This document shows positions 1 to 10,100 of a DNA stretch of 64,000 bases, piece after piece (the stretch's first letter is position 1; every line of letters begins with the position of its first letter). This DNA comes from Candidatus Krumholzibacteriia bacterium. Lineage in GTDB: Bacteria; Krumholzibacteriota; Krumholzibacteriia; Krumholzibacteriales; Krumholzibacteriaceae. The DNA is taken from assembly GCA_963836185.1 (NCBI GenBank), contig CAWIIQ010000004.1:32001-96000 (forward strand), written 5' to 3'. The notes under the pieces are model-generated. The model was not told the DNA's origin and did no database searches. It saw nothing but the letters and a program-made list of their open reading frames with translations. A program made the position numbers and the translations under genes.

Positions 1-731
1 TGGCGAGGCCTCGACGAGGGGAGGATGATACTGATCCTGAGCCCCGTAGTCAGCGCTTTCCTCACTGTCTACAGCCAGAGCGCCATGCGCAGCGGCAGGT
101 ACCCTGTCCTCCTTCTCGCTTTCTTCGTGGGGATACTGATAATCGCATACAAGCGAAGGGAGAAGATATTCCAGAGCATACTCCTTGTCGCTGTGAACCT
201 GTCGGTAATGCTCGTGATCCCGACTCTTATAGAGCGCCTGAAGCCATACCAGCAGAGAAGGATACTGGCTTTTCTCAGGCCGGAATCGGATATCCTCGGG
301 TCGGGATGGCAGGTATACCAGTCGAAGGTGGCTGTCGGCTCGGGCGGTTTCCTCGGAAAGGGATTCCTGAGCGGGTCACAGAAACTTCTCGCCTTTCTGC
401 CGGAGCGGCACAGTGATTTCGTCTACTCGGTCCTGTCGGAAGAGGCGGGATTTATCGGCGCGATAGCGTATTGCTTCTCTTTTCAATTATCATCGTACGG
501 GGCCTCTATCTTGCCACAAAGGTAAAAAGCAGGTTCGCATCCCTCGCGATAATAGGGATCTGTTCATATTTTACCTTTCACGTCGCGGTCAATATCGGCA
601 TGACGATCGGGCTCGCCCCCGTTACCGGGCTTCCTATTCCTTTTCTGAGCTACGGCGGCAGCTCGATGCTCGTCAGCTGTTTCATGATCGGAGTGCTTCT
701 GAATTTCGGATCGAGTTTTTACGAGTATTGA
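1..731 (+). CDS. rodA: Rod shape-determining protein RodA (SEDS family), 5'-truncated by the window, frameshift near 470
   Basis: LKPYQxxRI, GWQVYQSKVAVGSGG, FLPERHSDFVYSVLSEE in ORF 25-525; continues in ORF 471-731 with GLAPVTGLPIPFLSYGGSS. Confidence 0.9.
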
Positions 732-743
732 GGAGGATCGAAC

Positions 744-2070
744 CTGAAGAATATCGTCGAGAAGGTCCTCGAACTCGCCTCGGGCAGGTCGGTCGAGTGT
801 GAGATATACGGCGAAGAAACCGAGAGCTTCCAGGTGGAGGTATTCGGCGGTGAGATCGAGTCAGTCGACAGGTCGAAAGAGGCCGGCCTCGGGCTGAGGG
901 TCGTCAGTGAAGGAAGGGTCGGGTTCGCATGGACATGCGACCTTACGGATGAAGGCCTGAGGGCCGTTATCGCCGAAGCAGAATCGAATGCTCTCTCCTG
1001 CGATGAGATCGATGCCGACGTACTGGCCGGCCCAGATGGTGAGGAGGATCCCGCGGAGAAGAGGCTGAATTCTCACGAGATGCCGGCGGAGAAGAAGATA
1101 GAAGGAGCCCTCGAGATGGAAGCCGCCGCGCTCTCTAGCGACAGGAGCGTCAGGAGCAGTGAAGGGGCGTCATATTCCGAGGCTGCGTATGAAGTATGCG
1201 TAGCGGGGACGAGAGGTTTTATCAGGACCAGGCGCGGCGGCTATTGCGCCTGCTCGATCGGGGCGGCGGCATCTTCGAACGGGGAGGTCCGGTCGGGATG
1301 GTCGTATGCCCAGGCGCTCATGCCGGAGATGCTCGATTTTCGAGGAACCGGTGCCGAGGCAGGCACCAGGGCGGCGGGGCTGCTGGGAGGGAAACCCCTT
1401 CCTACAGGAAGGTACTCTGTACTGTTCGATCCGTTCGCCTTCTCCGAGATAGTCTCCCTGCTAGGTGAGGTGCTTTCCGCAGAGATGGTGGTAAAGGGGT
1501 CCTCGGTCTTCAGGGGCAGGCTGGGAGAGAAGGTGGCGTCGGGACTTTTCAGCCTCGTCGATGACCCGTCTCTCTCAGGCGCTTGTTTCAACGCTTCGTT
1601 CGATGATGAAGGTGTGCCCACCGTCAAGAAGGGAACTCATATCGTCAGGCATGCTGGAGGGATTCCTGCACAACAGCTATTCGGTCAGCAAATCGGGGCA
1701 GGGGAAGGCGGGTAACGCTTTCCGCGGCTCGTTCAAAGGGGTTCCTGTTCCGGGGCCGACGAACCTTATGGTGATGCCGGGCCTGTCGGGCACAGAGGAA
1801 CTTGTCGAATCTTTCGGCAAAGGGATATATATTCAGGATGTGATGGGCATGCATACCGCCGACCCGATCTCCGGTGACTTTTCCGTCGGGATAACCGGAT
1901 TCGAGGTGCAGGGCGGAAGGAAGGAAAGGGCGGTCTGCGAGATGACGATAAGCGGAAACGTCCTGTCTCTTCTCGACGGGATCGCGGCTGTGGGCAGCGC
2001 GATGCGCTTCGCCGGCCAGGCAGGGTCGCCTCCGGTGCTGGTCGACGGGCTCAGTGTGAGCGGAAGATAG
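744..2070 (+). CDS. pmbA: TldD/PmbA family protein (PmbA/TldE-like), probable CTG start at 744, frameshift near 1630
   Basis: GLGLRVV..GRVGFA, FDDEGVP, GMHTADPISGDFSVG, CEMTISGN; ORFs 834-1715 and 1561-2070 are two halves; AGGAGG at 731-736 precedes an in-frame CTG. Confidence 0.85.
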
Positions 2071-2079
2071 GAGAGGGCG

Positions 2080-2854
2080 ATGCATCCTGTTCTGATAGAC
2101 TTCGGGATACTTCAAGATATACTCGTACGGGTTCATGCTCGCGCTGAGTTTTCTGGTAGGCATATTCCTCGCTGTAAAGCGGGGCGGCAGGCGCGGAATA
2201 GACCCCGGGATAATCTACGATATGAGCATCATCCTCGTCCTCGGAGCAGTGATCGGTTCGAGGGGCCTCTATATACTGACGCACAGGGAAAATTTCAAGA
2301 ACGTCCTCGATATATTCGCGATATGGCAGGGGGGCGCGACATATTACGGCGGCCTCATCCTCGCAGTCGCCGGAGCAGTCGTATTCCTCAGGAAAAAGAA
2401 GATACCGTTTTTCCGGGTGGCCGACATCACCGCCCCCTCGATCGCGGCCGGTGTCTTCATCACGAGGATGGGATGTTTTCTCAGTGGATGCTGTTTCGGC
2501 AATCCGACTTCCTGCCCGACGGGTGTCGTCTTTCCCGCCGCATCACCGGCGGGGCACTATCATGCGGGCGTCGCGATACATCCGACACAGATATACTCGT
2601 CGCTGTACGGACTGGGCATATTCCTGATCCTTATCCTGCTCGACAGGAAGAAGCACTTCGACGGATTCCTCTTCTCGTGGCTCTGCATCCTGTACGGGAT
2701 AGCGAGGTTTATCGTCGATTTCTTCCGCTATTACGAGACCTCGGCCAGAGTCGCAGGTAACTTTACGGACAACCAGTTGATAAGCATCGCTCTGATACTG
2801 TTCGGGGCCGTGTATCTCATCGCGTGCCGGGCAAAAGAGGCGCGCCGGGTCTGA
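2080..2854 (+). CDS. lgt: Prolipoprotein diacylglyceryl transferase, frameshift near 2110
   Basis: N-terminal MHPVLIDFG, then IYSYGFMLAL in the second frame; IWQGGATYYGG, RMGCFLSGCCFG, HPTQIY, RFIVDFFR. Confidence 0.93.
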
Positions 2855-2890
2855 CCGCGGCGACCTTCCGGAGGGCCGGGAGGTGGAGGT

Positions 2891-3559
2891 GTGGTGGTGA
2901 AGGGGTTCTGCCTGTTTCTGCTGGACTGTATTTTCCCGCGCAGATGTGTTTCATGCGGCCGCTTCACCGGCGGCAGTATTTTCTGCGGCGAGTGCCGCCT
3001 GAGGCTGGTGCCTGCGGAATCGGGGGGTCGCCTGCCCGGTCCGGGATCCAGGCAGGTCCTTTCACCCTTCCTGACTTCCAGCGCGCTTCTTGATCTTGTC
3101 AGGTTCCTGAAGTTCGAAGGCGGGGCCGTGGCGGCGGGGTGGCTGGGACGAGAGATGTCAGCGGTCCTGCGGCCTTACGCCGTAAGATTCGATGACCCGG
3201 TGATCGTCCCGGTGCCGCTGCACTGGACAAGGCTGGTGCGCAGGGGGTATGACCAGGCCGGGCTGCTCGCCCGGGAGGTGTCGCGCGGCACGGGTATACC
3301 CCTTCGCCGCCGGGCGCTTGGAAGGAAGAAGAGGACGAAGGCGCAGTCGAGCCTCGGACAGGAGGAAAGGAAAGGCAACATCGCCGGCGCGTTTCGTCTC
3401 AGGGCCGCGGACTTTCTCCGGGGGAGGGATATCATCCTCGTCGACGACCTCGTGACCACCGGTGAGACAGCTTCCGCCTGCTGCCGGATCCTCGAAGGCG
3501 CCGGACCCTCCTCGATCACCATTCTATGCGCCGGCCGTAAAAGGACGGGAAAAATATAG
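2891..3559 (+). CDS. comF: ComF family protein (zinc ribbon plus phosphoribosyltransferase)
   Basis: CxxC..CxxC, VPVPLH, RGYDQA, ILVDDLVTTGET. Confidence 0.88.
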   Translation: MVVKGFCLFLLDCIFPRRCVSCGRFTGGSIFCGECRLRLVPAESGGRLPGPGSRQVLSPFLTSSALLDLVRFLKFEGGAVAAGWLGREMSAVLRPYAVRFDDPVIVPVPLHWTRLVRRGYDQAGLLAREVSRGTGIPLRRRALGRKKRTKAQSSLGQEERKGNIAGAFRLRAADFLRGRDIILVDDLVTTGETASACCRILEGAGPSSITILCAGRKRTGKI

Positions 3560-3650
3560 GTTGAACGCTCCGATTGCCATATGTTTGAATAAGTCGGAAT
3601 GACCGTTTCACGGTCGAGGCGACCGGTTTTCACGCGCACGGGAGGGCAAA

Positions 3651-4580
3651 TTGCTCGTTACAAACAAGATCCTGCTCGATAAGGCGAAGGCGGGATCGTA
3701 TGCCGTTGGAGCCTTCAATATCAATAACCTCGAATTTGTCCAGGCAATAACTTCGGCAGCCGCGGAACTGAACAGCCCCGCGATACTCGCGGTCTCACAG
3801 GGAGCGATCAAGTATGCCGGATTCGAGAATCTCGTTTCGATGGTCAGGACAATATCGGACAACATGAATATCGAGATATCCCTTCACCTCGATCACGGGC
3901 AGGATATGGCGATCATCGACCAATGTATAAAGGGGGGCTTCACCTCGGTAATGATCGACGGTTCGCACCTGCCGTTCGAGGAGAATATAGCGGTGACCCG
4001 TGAGGTAGTCGAAAAGGCGGGACCGGCAGGCGTATCTGTCGAGGGTGAGCTGGGCAGGCTCGCGGGGATAGAGGACAACGTATCTGTGGCGGAGCAGGAT
4101 GCGAGCTTCACCGACCCGGGAGAGGCGGCCGAGTTTGTCGAGAAGACGGGGGTCGATTCCCTGGCAGTAGCGGTAGGCACGTCGCACGGGGCCTACAAGT
4201 TCAAGGGTGAGGCAAAGCTCGCGATGGACAGGCTCAGCGAGATCGCTTCCGTAGTAACCGTTCCCCTCGTCCTGCACGGCGCCTCGGGCGTAAACCCGGA
4301 GCACGTGGCGATAGCGAACGAGTTCGGCGCGAAGATAGGCGCGGCGAAGGGTGTCCCCAACGATGCGATATCGGAGGCTGTCAGGAGAGGCGCGGCAAAG
4401 GTCAATATCGATACCGATATGAGGATCGCCTTCACCGCGTACATAAGAAAATCATTCGCGGAAAAGCCGGAAAACATAGATCCGCGCAAGTACCTCGGAG
4501 CGGCGAGAGACGCTGTGTTCGAGGTGGTCAAAACGAAGATGAATCTGTTCGGAAGCGTCGGCAGGGCGTTCGGAGACTGA
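3651..4580 (+). CDS. fba: Class II fructose-1,6-bisphosphate aldolase
   Basis: YAVGAFN, LHLDHG, SVMIDGSH, VEGELG, GTSHGAYK, LVLHGAS, KVNIDTD. Confidence 0.96.
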   Translation: MLVTNKILLDKAKAGSYAVGAFNINNLEFVQAITSAAAELNSPAILAVSQGAIKYAGFENLVSMVRTISDNMNIEISLHLDHGQDMAIIDQCIKGGFTSVMIDGSHLPFEENIAVTREVVEKAGPAGVSVEGELGRLAGIEDNVSVAEQDASFTDPGEAAEFVEKTGVDSLAVAVGTSHGAYKFKGEAKLAMDRLSEIASVVTVPLVLHGASGVNPEHVAIANEFGAKIGAAKGVPNDAISEAVRRGAAKVNIDTDMRIAFTAYIRKSFAEKPENIDPRKYLGAARDAVFEVVKTKMNLFGSVGRAFGD

Positions 4581-4631
4581 CGCACGTTAACGGATAACCA
4601 AACCAGGAAACTGTCAATAAGGAGGAGAGAA

Positions 4632-5633
4632 ATGGCTATCAACGTAGCTATCAACGGATTCGGCAGGATAGGAAGGCTCGTGTTCCGCGGCGCTCACAAG
4701 GACCGCCGGTTTAACATCGTCGCGGTCAACGACCTGACAGATTCCAGGACGCTCGGCCATCTTCTGAAATACGACTCGGTCCACGGGCGCTATCCGGGGA
4801 AGGTCAATGTCCTCAAAAGCGGAGACCTCTCGGTCGACGGCAAGAGGGTCAAGGTGCTTACCGAGCGCGATCCGGCCGCTCTCCCCTGGGAAAAACTCGG
4901 AGTGGACGTGGTCATCGAATCGACCGGGTTCTTCCGCAAACGCAAGGATGCCGCGAAGCATATCGAGGCGGGTGCGAAGAAGGTCATCATATCCGCGCCT
5001 TCACCCGACCCGGACATCATGATCGTCATGGGCGTCAATCATACGAAGTATCGAAAGAGCAGGCATCACATCATCTCTACCGCCTCGTGCACGACGAATT
5101 GTCTCGCGCCGGTCGTAAAGGTGCTGGATGACAGGTTCGGTCTTGCCCATGGCCTGATGACGACGATTCATGCCGTCACGAACGACCAGGTCATTCTCGA
5201 CATGCCGCACAAGGACCTGCGGAGGGCGCGCGCCAGCAGCGTATCGATGATCCCGACGACAACCGGGGCGGCCGCGGCGGTCGGCAAGGTGCTGCCGAAG
5301 CTCAACGGCAAGCTCAACGGTATGGCGGTGCGCGTGCCTGTTCCTGACGGCTCGCTCGTCGATCTCACCGTCACACTGAAGAAAGCGACCACGGTAGAGA
5401 AGATCAATGCCGCGATGATGAAGGCCTCGGAAGGCAAGCTCAAAGGCATACTCGAATACACCGAGGACCCGATCGTATCGGTTGACGTCATAGGCAACCC
5501 GCACTCGTCGATATTCGACGGACTGGCGACTATGGGCATCACCGCGAAGGTCTTCAAGATCCTCTCGTGGTACGATAACGAGTACGGATACGCGATGCGC
5601 ATGGTCGACATGATGAAGATGCTGTTGAAGTAA
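4632..5633 (+). CDS. gap: Type I glyceraldehyde-3-phosphate dehydrogenase
   Basis: INGFGRIGR, ASCTTNCLAP, WYDNEYGY; AGGAG RBS. Confidence 0.98.
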   Translation: MAINVAINGFGRIGRLVFRGAHKDRRFNIVAVNDLTDSRTLGHLLKYDSVHGRYPGKVNVLKSGDLSVDGKRVKVLTERDPAALPWEKLGVDVVIESTGFFRKRKDAAKHIEAGAKKVIISAPSPDPDIMIVMGVNHTKYRKSRHHIISTASCTTNCLAPVVKVLDDRFGLAHGLMTTIHAVTNDQVILDMPHKDLRRARASSVSMIPTTTGAAAAVGKVLPKLNGKLNGMAVRVPVPDGSLVDLTVTLKKATTVEKINAAMMKASEGKLKGILEYTEDPIVSVDVIGNPHSSIFDGLATMGITAKVFKILSWYDNEYGYAMRMVDMMKMLLK

Positions 5634-5659
5634 AGCGCAGGCAAGACTGGAGGAGACAG

Positions 5660-6859
5660 TTGAGAAAGAAGACCCTGAGGGACGTTGGACTCGAGGGGAA
5701 AAAGGTGCTGATGCGCGTCGATTTCAACACGCCGCTGACGAAAGACGGCGATGTCGATGACGATACCCGCATCAGGGCTGCTCTGCCGAGCATCAACTAC
5801 ATAGCTGAGCACGGGGCATCCCTTGTCCTGATGTCTCATCTCGGAAGGCCGAAGGGGAAACGAGTTCCGTCGATGAGCCTCAAGGTCGTGGCATACAGGC
5901 TGGCCGAACTCGTGCACCATCCGATCAGGTTCGCCGAGGACTGTACCGGCGACCAGGCCCTCGAGATGGCCTCGGCTCTTGCCCCCGGGGAGATACTCCT
6001 GCTCGAGAACCTCCGTTTCTACGATGAGGAGACCTCGAACGACCCTGAATTCGCCCGTAAGCTCTCGATGTTCGGCGACATCTATGTGAACGACGCGTTC
6101 GGGACCGCTCACAGAGCGCACGCGTCGACGGAGGGTGTTACGCACTATTTCGACGAGCGGGTGGCGGGGATGCTGATGGAGAAGGAGCTCGAGACCCTCG
6201 ATCGCATGCGGACCGATCCTGAAAGGCCGTTCGTTGCCGTACTCGGCGGAGCGAAGGTCTCGGGGAAGATCGGGCTTATCAGGAACCTGCTCGACAAGGT
6301 CGACCGGATCCTCGTCGGCGGCGGGATGGCGTTTACTTTTTTCAAGGCGCTTGGTCTCGAGATTGGCGACTCCCTTCTCGACGAATCGTATATGGGTATG
6401 TGCCGTGAGACGATGGAGAAAGCGGGGAGCGGCAGCGAGAAGAGGATCTTCCTTCCCGTCGACTGTATCGTGGCAAAAGAGATCGACAACGACGCCGAGC
6501 ACAAGACAGTTTCGACCGGTGATATCCCCGAAGGATGGGCCGGAGTCGACATAGGGAGGAAGACGATCGATGTCTTCCGCGATGAGATAATTAAGGCTAA
6601 AACGATCTTCTGGAACGGCCCTATGGGTATCTTCGAGATGCCAAATTATGCTGAGGGGACCAAAGGCATAGCGCGCGCGATCGTCGACGCTACCGCCGAT
6701 GGAGCCGTTTCGATCGTGGGCGGAGGCGACAGCGTCTCCGCGCTGGGGAGGCTGCATCTCAAGGACAGGGTGACGCATGTCTCGACAGGGGGAGGAGCGT
6801 CGCTTGAGCTCCTCGAGGGGAAGACCCTCCCGGGAGTAGAGGCCCTGAGCGACTTATGA
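5660..6859 (+). CDS. pgk: Phosphoglycerate kinase
   Basis: RVDFNTP, SHLGRP, NDAFGTAHRAHAS, GGGDS, STGGGASLE. Confidence 0.98.
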   Translation: MRKKTLRDVGLEGKKVLMRVDFNTPLTKDGDVDDDTRIRAALPSINYIAEHGASLVLMSHLGRPKGKRVPSMSLKVVAYRLAELVHHPIRFAEDCTGDQALEMASALAPGEILLLENLRFYDEETSNDPEFARKLSMFGDIYVNDAFGTAHRAHASTEGVTHYFDERVAGMLMEKELETLDRMRTDPERPFVAVLGGAKVSGKIGLIRNLLDKVDRILVGGGMAFTFFKALGLEIGDSLLDESYMGMCRETMEKAGSGSEKRIFLPVDCIVAKEIDNDAEHKTVSTGDIPEGWAGVDIGRKTIDVFRDEIIKAKTIFWNGPMGIFEMPNYAEGTKGIARAIVDATADGAVSIVGGGDSVSALGRLHLKDRVTHVSTGGGASLELLEGKTLPGVEALSDL

Positions 6860-6890
6860 GCCGCGAGGCGGCCTGAAAGGGATGATCGTT

Positions 6891-7646
6891 GTGAGAAGGA
6901 CTATCGTAGCGGGCAACTGGAAGATGAACATGGACCATATCGAGGGCGCCGCCCTCGCCGGAGATATCGTTGCCGGCCTCAAAGGCAGGGAACCATCGTG
7001 CGAGATAGTCATAATACCCCCTTTTACCACCCTTCCCGCCGTAATCAGCGCGATCGGGGGCAGCCCGGTGGCCGCCGGAGCGCAGGATCTCTGGTACGAG
7101 GAAAATGGAGCATTTACCGGTGAGATCTCGGCCGGGATGATCTCGAGCCTCGGATGCAGGTATGTCCTGGTAGGGCACTCGGAGCGGCGCCATGTGATCG
7201 GCGAAGGATCTGAGATCCTCTCCAGAAAGCTGCGTGCGGCACTCTCAGGCGGGCTTTCACCGATCTACTGTGTCGGGGAGACCCTCGGCGAGAGGGAGAG
7301 CGGCAGCGCTTCGGAGATCGTCACAGAGCAGATAGGAGAGGCCCTCACGGGCCTTTCCAGTGAAGATATGGCAAGGACCGTGGTCGCCTACGAGCCCGTC
7401 TGGGCCATCGGAACGGGAAAGACCGCGACCCCAGGCGACGCGGGATCGATGCACCAGGTCATCCGCGGCGTCCTCTCGGATATATTCGGAGCTCAGACCG
7501 CTGAAAAGACCCCGATCCTCTATGGCGGGAGCGTAAAGCCGGGCAATGCCGCCGAGTTGCTCGCGATGGAGGATATCGATGGAGCGCTCGTCGGAGGGGC
7601 CTCCCTGGACGCCGGGTCGTTCCTCGGTATCGTATTTCCTGCCTGA
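6891..7646 (+). CDS. tpiA: Triosephosphate isomerase
   Basis: AGNWKMN, GHSERR, AYEPVWAIGTG, LYGGSV, LVGGASL. Confidence 0.98.
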   Translation: MRRTIVAGNWKMNMDHIEGAALAGDIVAGLKGREPSCEIVIIPPFTTLPAVISAIGGSPVAAGAQDLWYEENGAFTGEISAGMISSLGCRYVLVGHSERRHVIGEGSEILSRKLRAALSGGLSPIYCVGETLGERESGSASEIVTEQIGEALTGLSSEDMARTVVAYEPVWAIGTGKTATPGDAGSMHQVIRGVLSDIFGAQTAEKTPILYGGSVKPGNAAELLAMEDIDGALVGGASLDAGSFLGIVFPA

Positions 7647-7684
7647 CAGGGGGCGGGAGAGACCCTGCCGGCGGCACAAATCAT

Positions 7685-7713
7685 TTGACTGACACCGACT
7701 TATTTATTACACT
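7685..7713 (+). promoter_or_regulatory. sigma70-type promoter for secG-tRNA
   Basis: TTGACT-17 nt-TACACT. Confidence 0.6.
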
Positions 7714-7740
7714 ACTTTTTTAAAAAGGCTGGTGTATTCA

Positions 7741-8154
7741 ATGCTGTTTAACGTTTTTGTGATAATACACGTTGTTACCTGCGCGCTGCTGATCATCGCG
7801 GTGCTGATGCAGTCGAGCAAGGGCGGCGGGCTTTCCGGCGCCTTCGGCGGCGGAGGAGGCCAGGCCATTCTAGGCGGGCGTGAGACAGCGTCCTTCCTGA
7901 GCAAGGCAACGACGTATCTGGCTGTCATATTCATGTGCACCTCCCTGTCGCTCGCTTTCCTGTCCGCTGGAAGGGGAAGCCAGGAGTCGGAGAGCGCGCT
8001 CAGAAAAGCCGCTCAGCAGCAGCAGTGGGGCGGAATGGTTCCCGAGGAGCGCAAGGACATCGATGATGTCATCGGAAACGTTCCCGCGACGGACCAGCAG
8101 CAGGAGACGGTGCCGGAAGGAGAGCCTGCCGAGGAGCAGGATCCCCAGGAGTAG
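7741..8154 (+). CDS. secG: Preprotein translocase subunit SecG with acidic tail
   Basis: VLMQSSKGGGLSGAFGGG, FLSKAT; conserved tpiA-secG-tRNA-Leu order. Confidence 0.93.
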   Translation: MLFNVFVIIHVVTCALLIIAVLMQSSKGGGLSGAFGGGGGQAILGGRETASFLSKATTYLAVIFMCTSLSLAFLSAGRGSQESESALRKAAQQQQWGGMVPEERKDIDDVIGNVPATDQQQETVPEGEPAEEQDPQE

Positions 8155-8171
8155 AGAAATTCTGAAATATT

Positions 8172-8255
8172 GCCGAGGTGGTGGAACTGGTAGACACGCT
8201 ACTTTGAGGGGGTAGTGGGTGAAAACCTGTGCGGGTTCGAGTCCCGCCCTCGGCA
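8172..8255 (+). tRNA. tRNA-Leu(GAG), CCA not encoded
   Basis: Acceptor stem GCCGAGG/CCTCGGC+A, D-loop GGAACTGGTAGAC, anticodon arm CTACT-TTGAGGG-GGTAG, long variable arm, GGTTCGAGTCC. Confidence 0.96.
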
Positions 8256-8266
8256 TTTTAAAAAGC

Positions 8267-8293
8267 AGGAGGCCGCATGGGCCTCCTTTTTTT
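8267..8293 (+). terminator. Rho-independent terminator after tRNA-Leu
   Basis: AGGAGGCC-gcatg-GGCCTCCT followed by a T run. Confidence 0.85.
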
Positions 8294-8383
8294 CAGGGCA
8301 CAACGGGCGCCGGGAGTTAATAATCCTTTACACATTCAGGAGAGCTGTTTTACGCTCTCCATTCCTGAAACACAGTCGCGGAG

Positions 8384-8896
8384 GTGGATACCGGTATCAT
8401 GAACGCATTGATTGAGGCAAACACCAGCATACTCCTGCCGGCAGCCCTGGTCCTGGGCCTTGTCGTCGCCGCGGCAGTGATCGTCCTTGCCATCCAGATC
8501 CAGCGTATGAGGAAACCGTTCAGCGAGATGGCCGGACTGTACGATGATTTAGGCACCGAGAAATCGCTCGAGATCCTTCTCAAGGGAGTCGACGAGAACC
8601 GCGAATTCATCAGGGGACATGGAGAGGACCTGAAGCTGATCCTGGCGAAGCTCGACCGATGCTTCAAGGGGATAGGGATGGTCAAGTACAATGCCTTCGA
8701 GGATATCGGCGGCAATCAGAGCTACTCGATATGCATACTGACCCGAGAGAAGAACGGGTTCATGCTGACAAATCTTGTTGGAAGGAACTCGACGCGGGGT
8801 TATGCGATCGAGGTCAAGAACGGTGAAGCGGAGAGGGAGCTCGGCTCCGAAGAGACCGAGGCGCTTGCGTACTCTCTCAAGTCTCTCGAAGAATAG
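8384..8896 (+). CDS. DUF4446 family membrane-anchored protein (start uncertain, possibly 8399)
   Basis: N-terminal TM; GMVKYNAFEDIGGNQSYS, NGFMLTNLVGRNSTRGYA. Confidence 0.75.
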   Translation: MDTGIMNALIEANTSILLPAALVLGLVVAAAVIVLAIQIQRMRKPFSEMAGLYDDLGTEKSLEILLKGVDENREFIRGHGEDLKLILAKLDRCFKGIGMVKYNAFEDIGGNQSYSICILTREKNGFMLTNLVGRNSTRGYAIEVKNGEAERELGSEETEALAYSLKSLEE

Positions 8897-8912
8897 ATAG
8901 ATAGATAGATAG
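8893..8912 (+). repeat. (ATAG)5 tetranucleotide microsatellite overlapping the stop codon
   Basis: atagatagatagatagatag. Confidence 0.8.
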
Positions 8913-9105
8913 TGCCGGCATTACCTTTCGAATCCCCGGAGGAACCGAGGGATTCTCCAGGTAAAGCCGGCACTTTAAATATCCCCCGGCACCCCACCGA
9001 AATAACCACGCCCCTTCTCATCAGAGCCTCGCAGGTAAACCCATAATAAATAAAGAGATAGGTAAGAAAAGAGAAGGAAGAATAGAAAGAATGGGAAAGA
9101 GGGGG

Positions 9106-9969
9106 TCAGTGGATCGTTTCGGAGTCGTCGTCGCCGCTGTTTTCGCGCTCCTGCTCAGAGTATCTCTCGAGGATGCGCCGTTCGGTCTCGGAGAGGTTCT
9201 CGTATCCCTTGTCTGATATCGTGTCGAGGATCGAGTCGATCTTGTCCATGTCGGATTCCTGCCTGCCTGTCGATGGCTTACCGCTTTCCCCGTCCCTGCT
9301 GTCTCCATCGAAGCTGACCTTCACGGGGATCTTCGAGAGCTTGCCGCTGATGTAATTGCGGAAACGCCGGAACTGGTATTCGCCCCGCATCATGATCAGG
9401 GCCGCTGCCATGCCGCCGAGGTGGGCGAAATGAGCTATATTGCCGCCGCCCCGTATTCCCAGCACGAGAGAGAGTACCGCCAGCCCTATCGCGAGATTAC
9501 GGGCTTTCACGGGGATCACGAACCATAGAAGAAGCCGCTGGTTGGGGAACATCACGGCGAATGCCAGCAGGATCCCGTACGCCGCGGCTGAGGCTCCGAT
9601 CACGGGCGTGTTGTAGGCGAAGAGAAAGCTGAATACGGCGCCGCCGAGACCGCAGGCAATGTAGAACTTCAGGAAGCGTGTCCCCCCCCAGATCTGCTCG
9701 AGGGTCCTTCCGAACATCCAGATGACGAACATGTTCAGGGTGATGTGCCAGAAGTCGGCGTGGAGGAACATGTATGTGACCATCTGCCAGACATAGCCGC
9801 GAGTAAGCACCAGTTTCGGTGTCAGTGCGAGATATCCCATTAAAGAGCGGCTTATCGGCATCCACGACAGTATGAACATGACCGCGTTTGCTATGATAAT
9901 ACGGACTATCACACTGTCGAGCGGGCTGCCCTGTTTTCTGAATCCCGAATAATTCCCGTTGCCGTACAT
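9106..9969 (-). CDS. Rhomboid family intramembrane serine protease with C-terminal DUF6576-like domain
   Basis: WQMVTYMFLH, HITLNM, IGASAA (catalytic Ser), AHFAHLGG (His); tail IDSILDTISDKGYENLSETERRIL. Confidence 0.9.
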   Translation of the reverse strand: MYGNGNYSGFRKQGSPLDSVIVRIIIANAVMFILSWMPISRSLMGYLALTPKLVLTRGYVWQMVTYMFLHADFWHITLNMFVIWMFGRTLEQIWGGTRFLKFYIACGLGGAVFSFLFAYNTPVIGASAAAYGILLAFAVMFPNQRLLLWFVIPVKARNLAIGLAVLSLVLGIRGGGNIAHFAHLGGMAAALIMMRGEYQFRRFRNYISGKLSKIPVKVSFDGDSRDGESGKPSTGRQESDMDKIDSILDTISDKGYENLSETERRILERYSEQERENSGDDDSETIH

Positions 9970-10057
9970 TATGCTTCCTTGCGGTTCGAATCTTGCAAGC
10001 TTCTCAATGGATAATAACGAAAAGGCCCACTATGGGCAAGGCACCATGCGCCTGATT

Positions 10058-10086
10058 TTGACTCGACCGGATATAGCCGATATGCT
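10058..10086 (+). promoter_or_regulatory. sigma70-type promoter for the beta-helix protein gene
   Basis: TTGACT-17 nt-TATGCT. Confidence 0.55.
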
Positions 10087-10100
10087 AGCTTTTCTGCGAG

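Noticed and set aside
5168-6778. 536-aa antisense ORF over gap/pgk, and similar long shadow ORFs (11098-12324, 20161-21306, 39817-41151, 60037-61110)
   Set aside because: They lie opposite well-conserved genes, have no family motifs, and are expected from codon bias in GC-rich DNA.
8172-8400. tRNA-Leu as an island integration site
   Set aside because: No integrase follows and no duplicated tRNA 3' end was seen in the window.
8930-8960. Hairpin with a GGAA-like loop as SRP RNA
   Set aside because: It lacks the conserved CAGG...GGAA...AGCA domain IV pattern.
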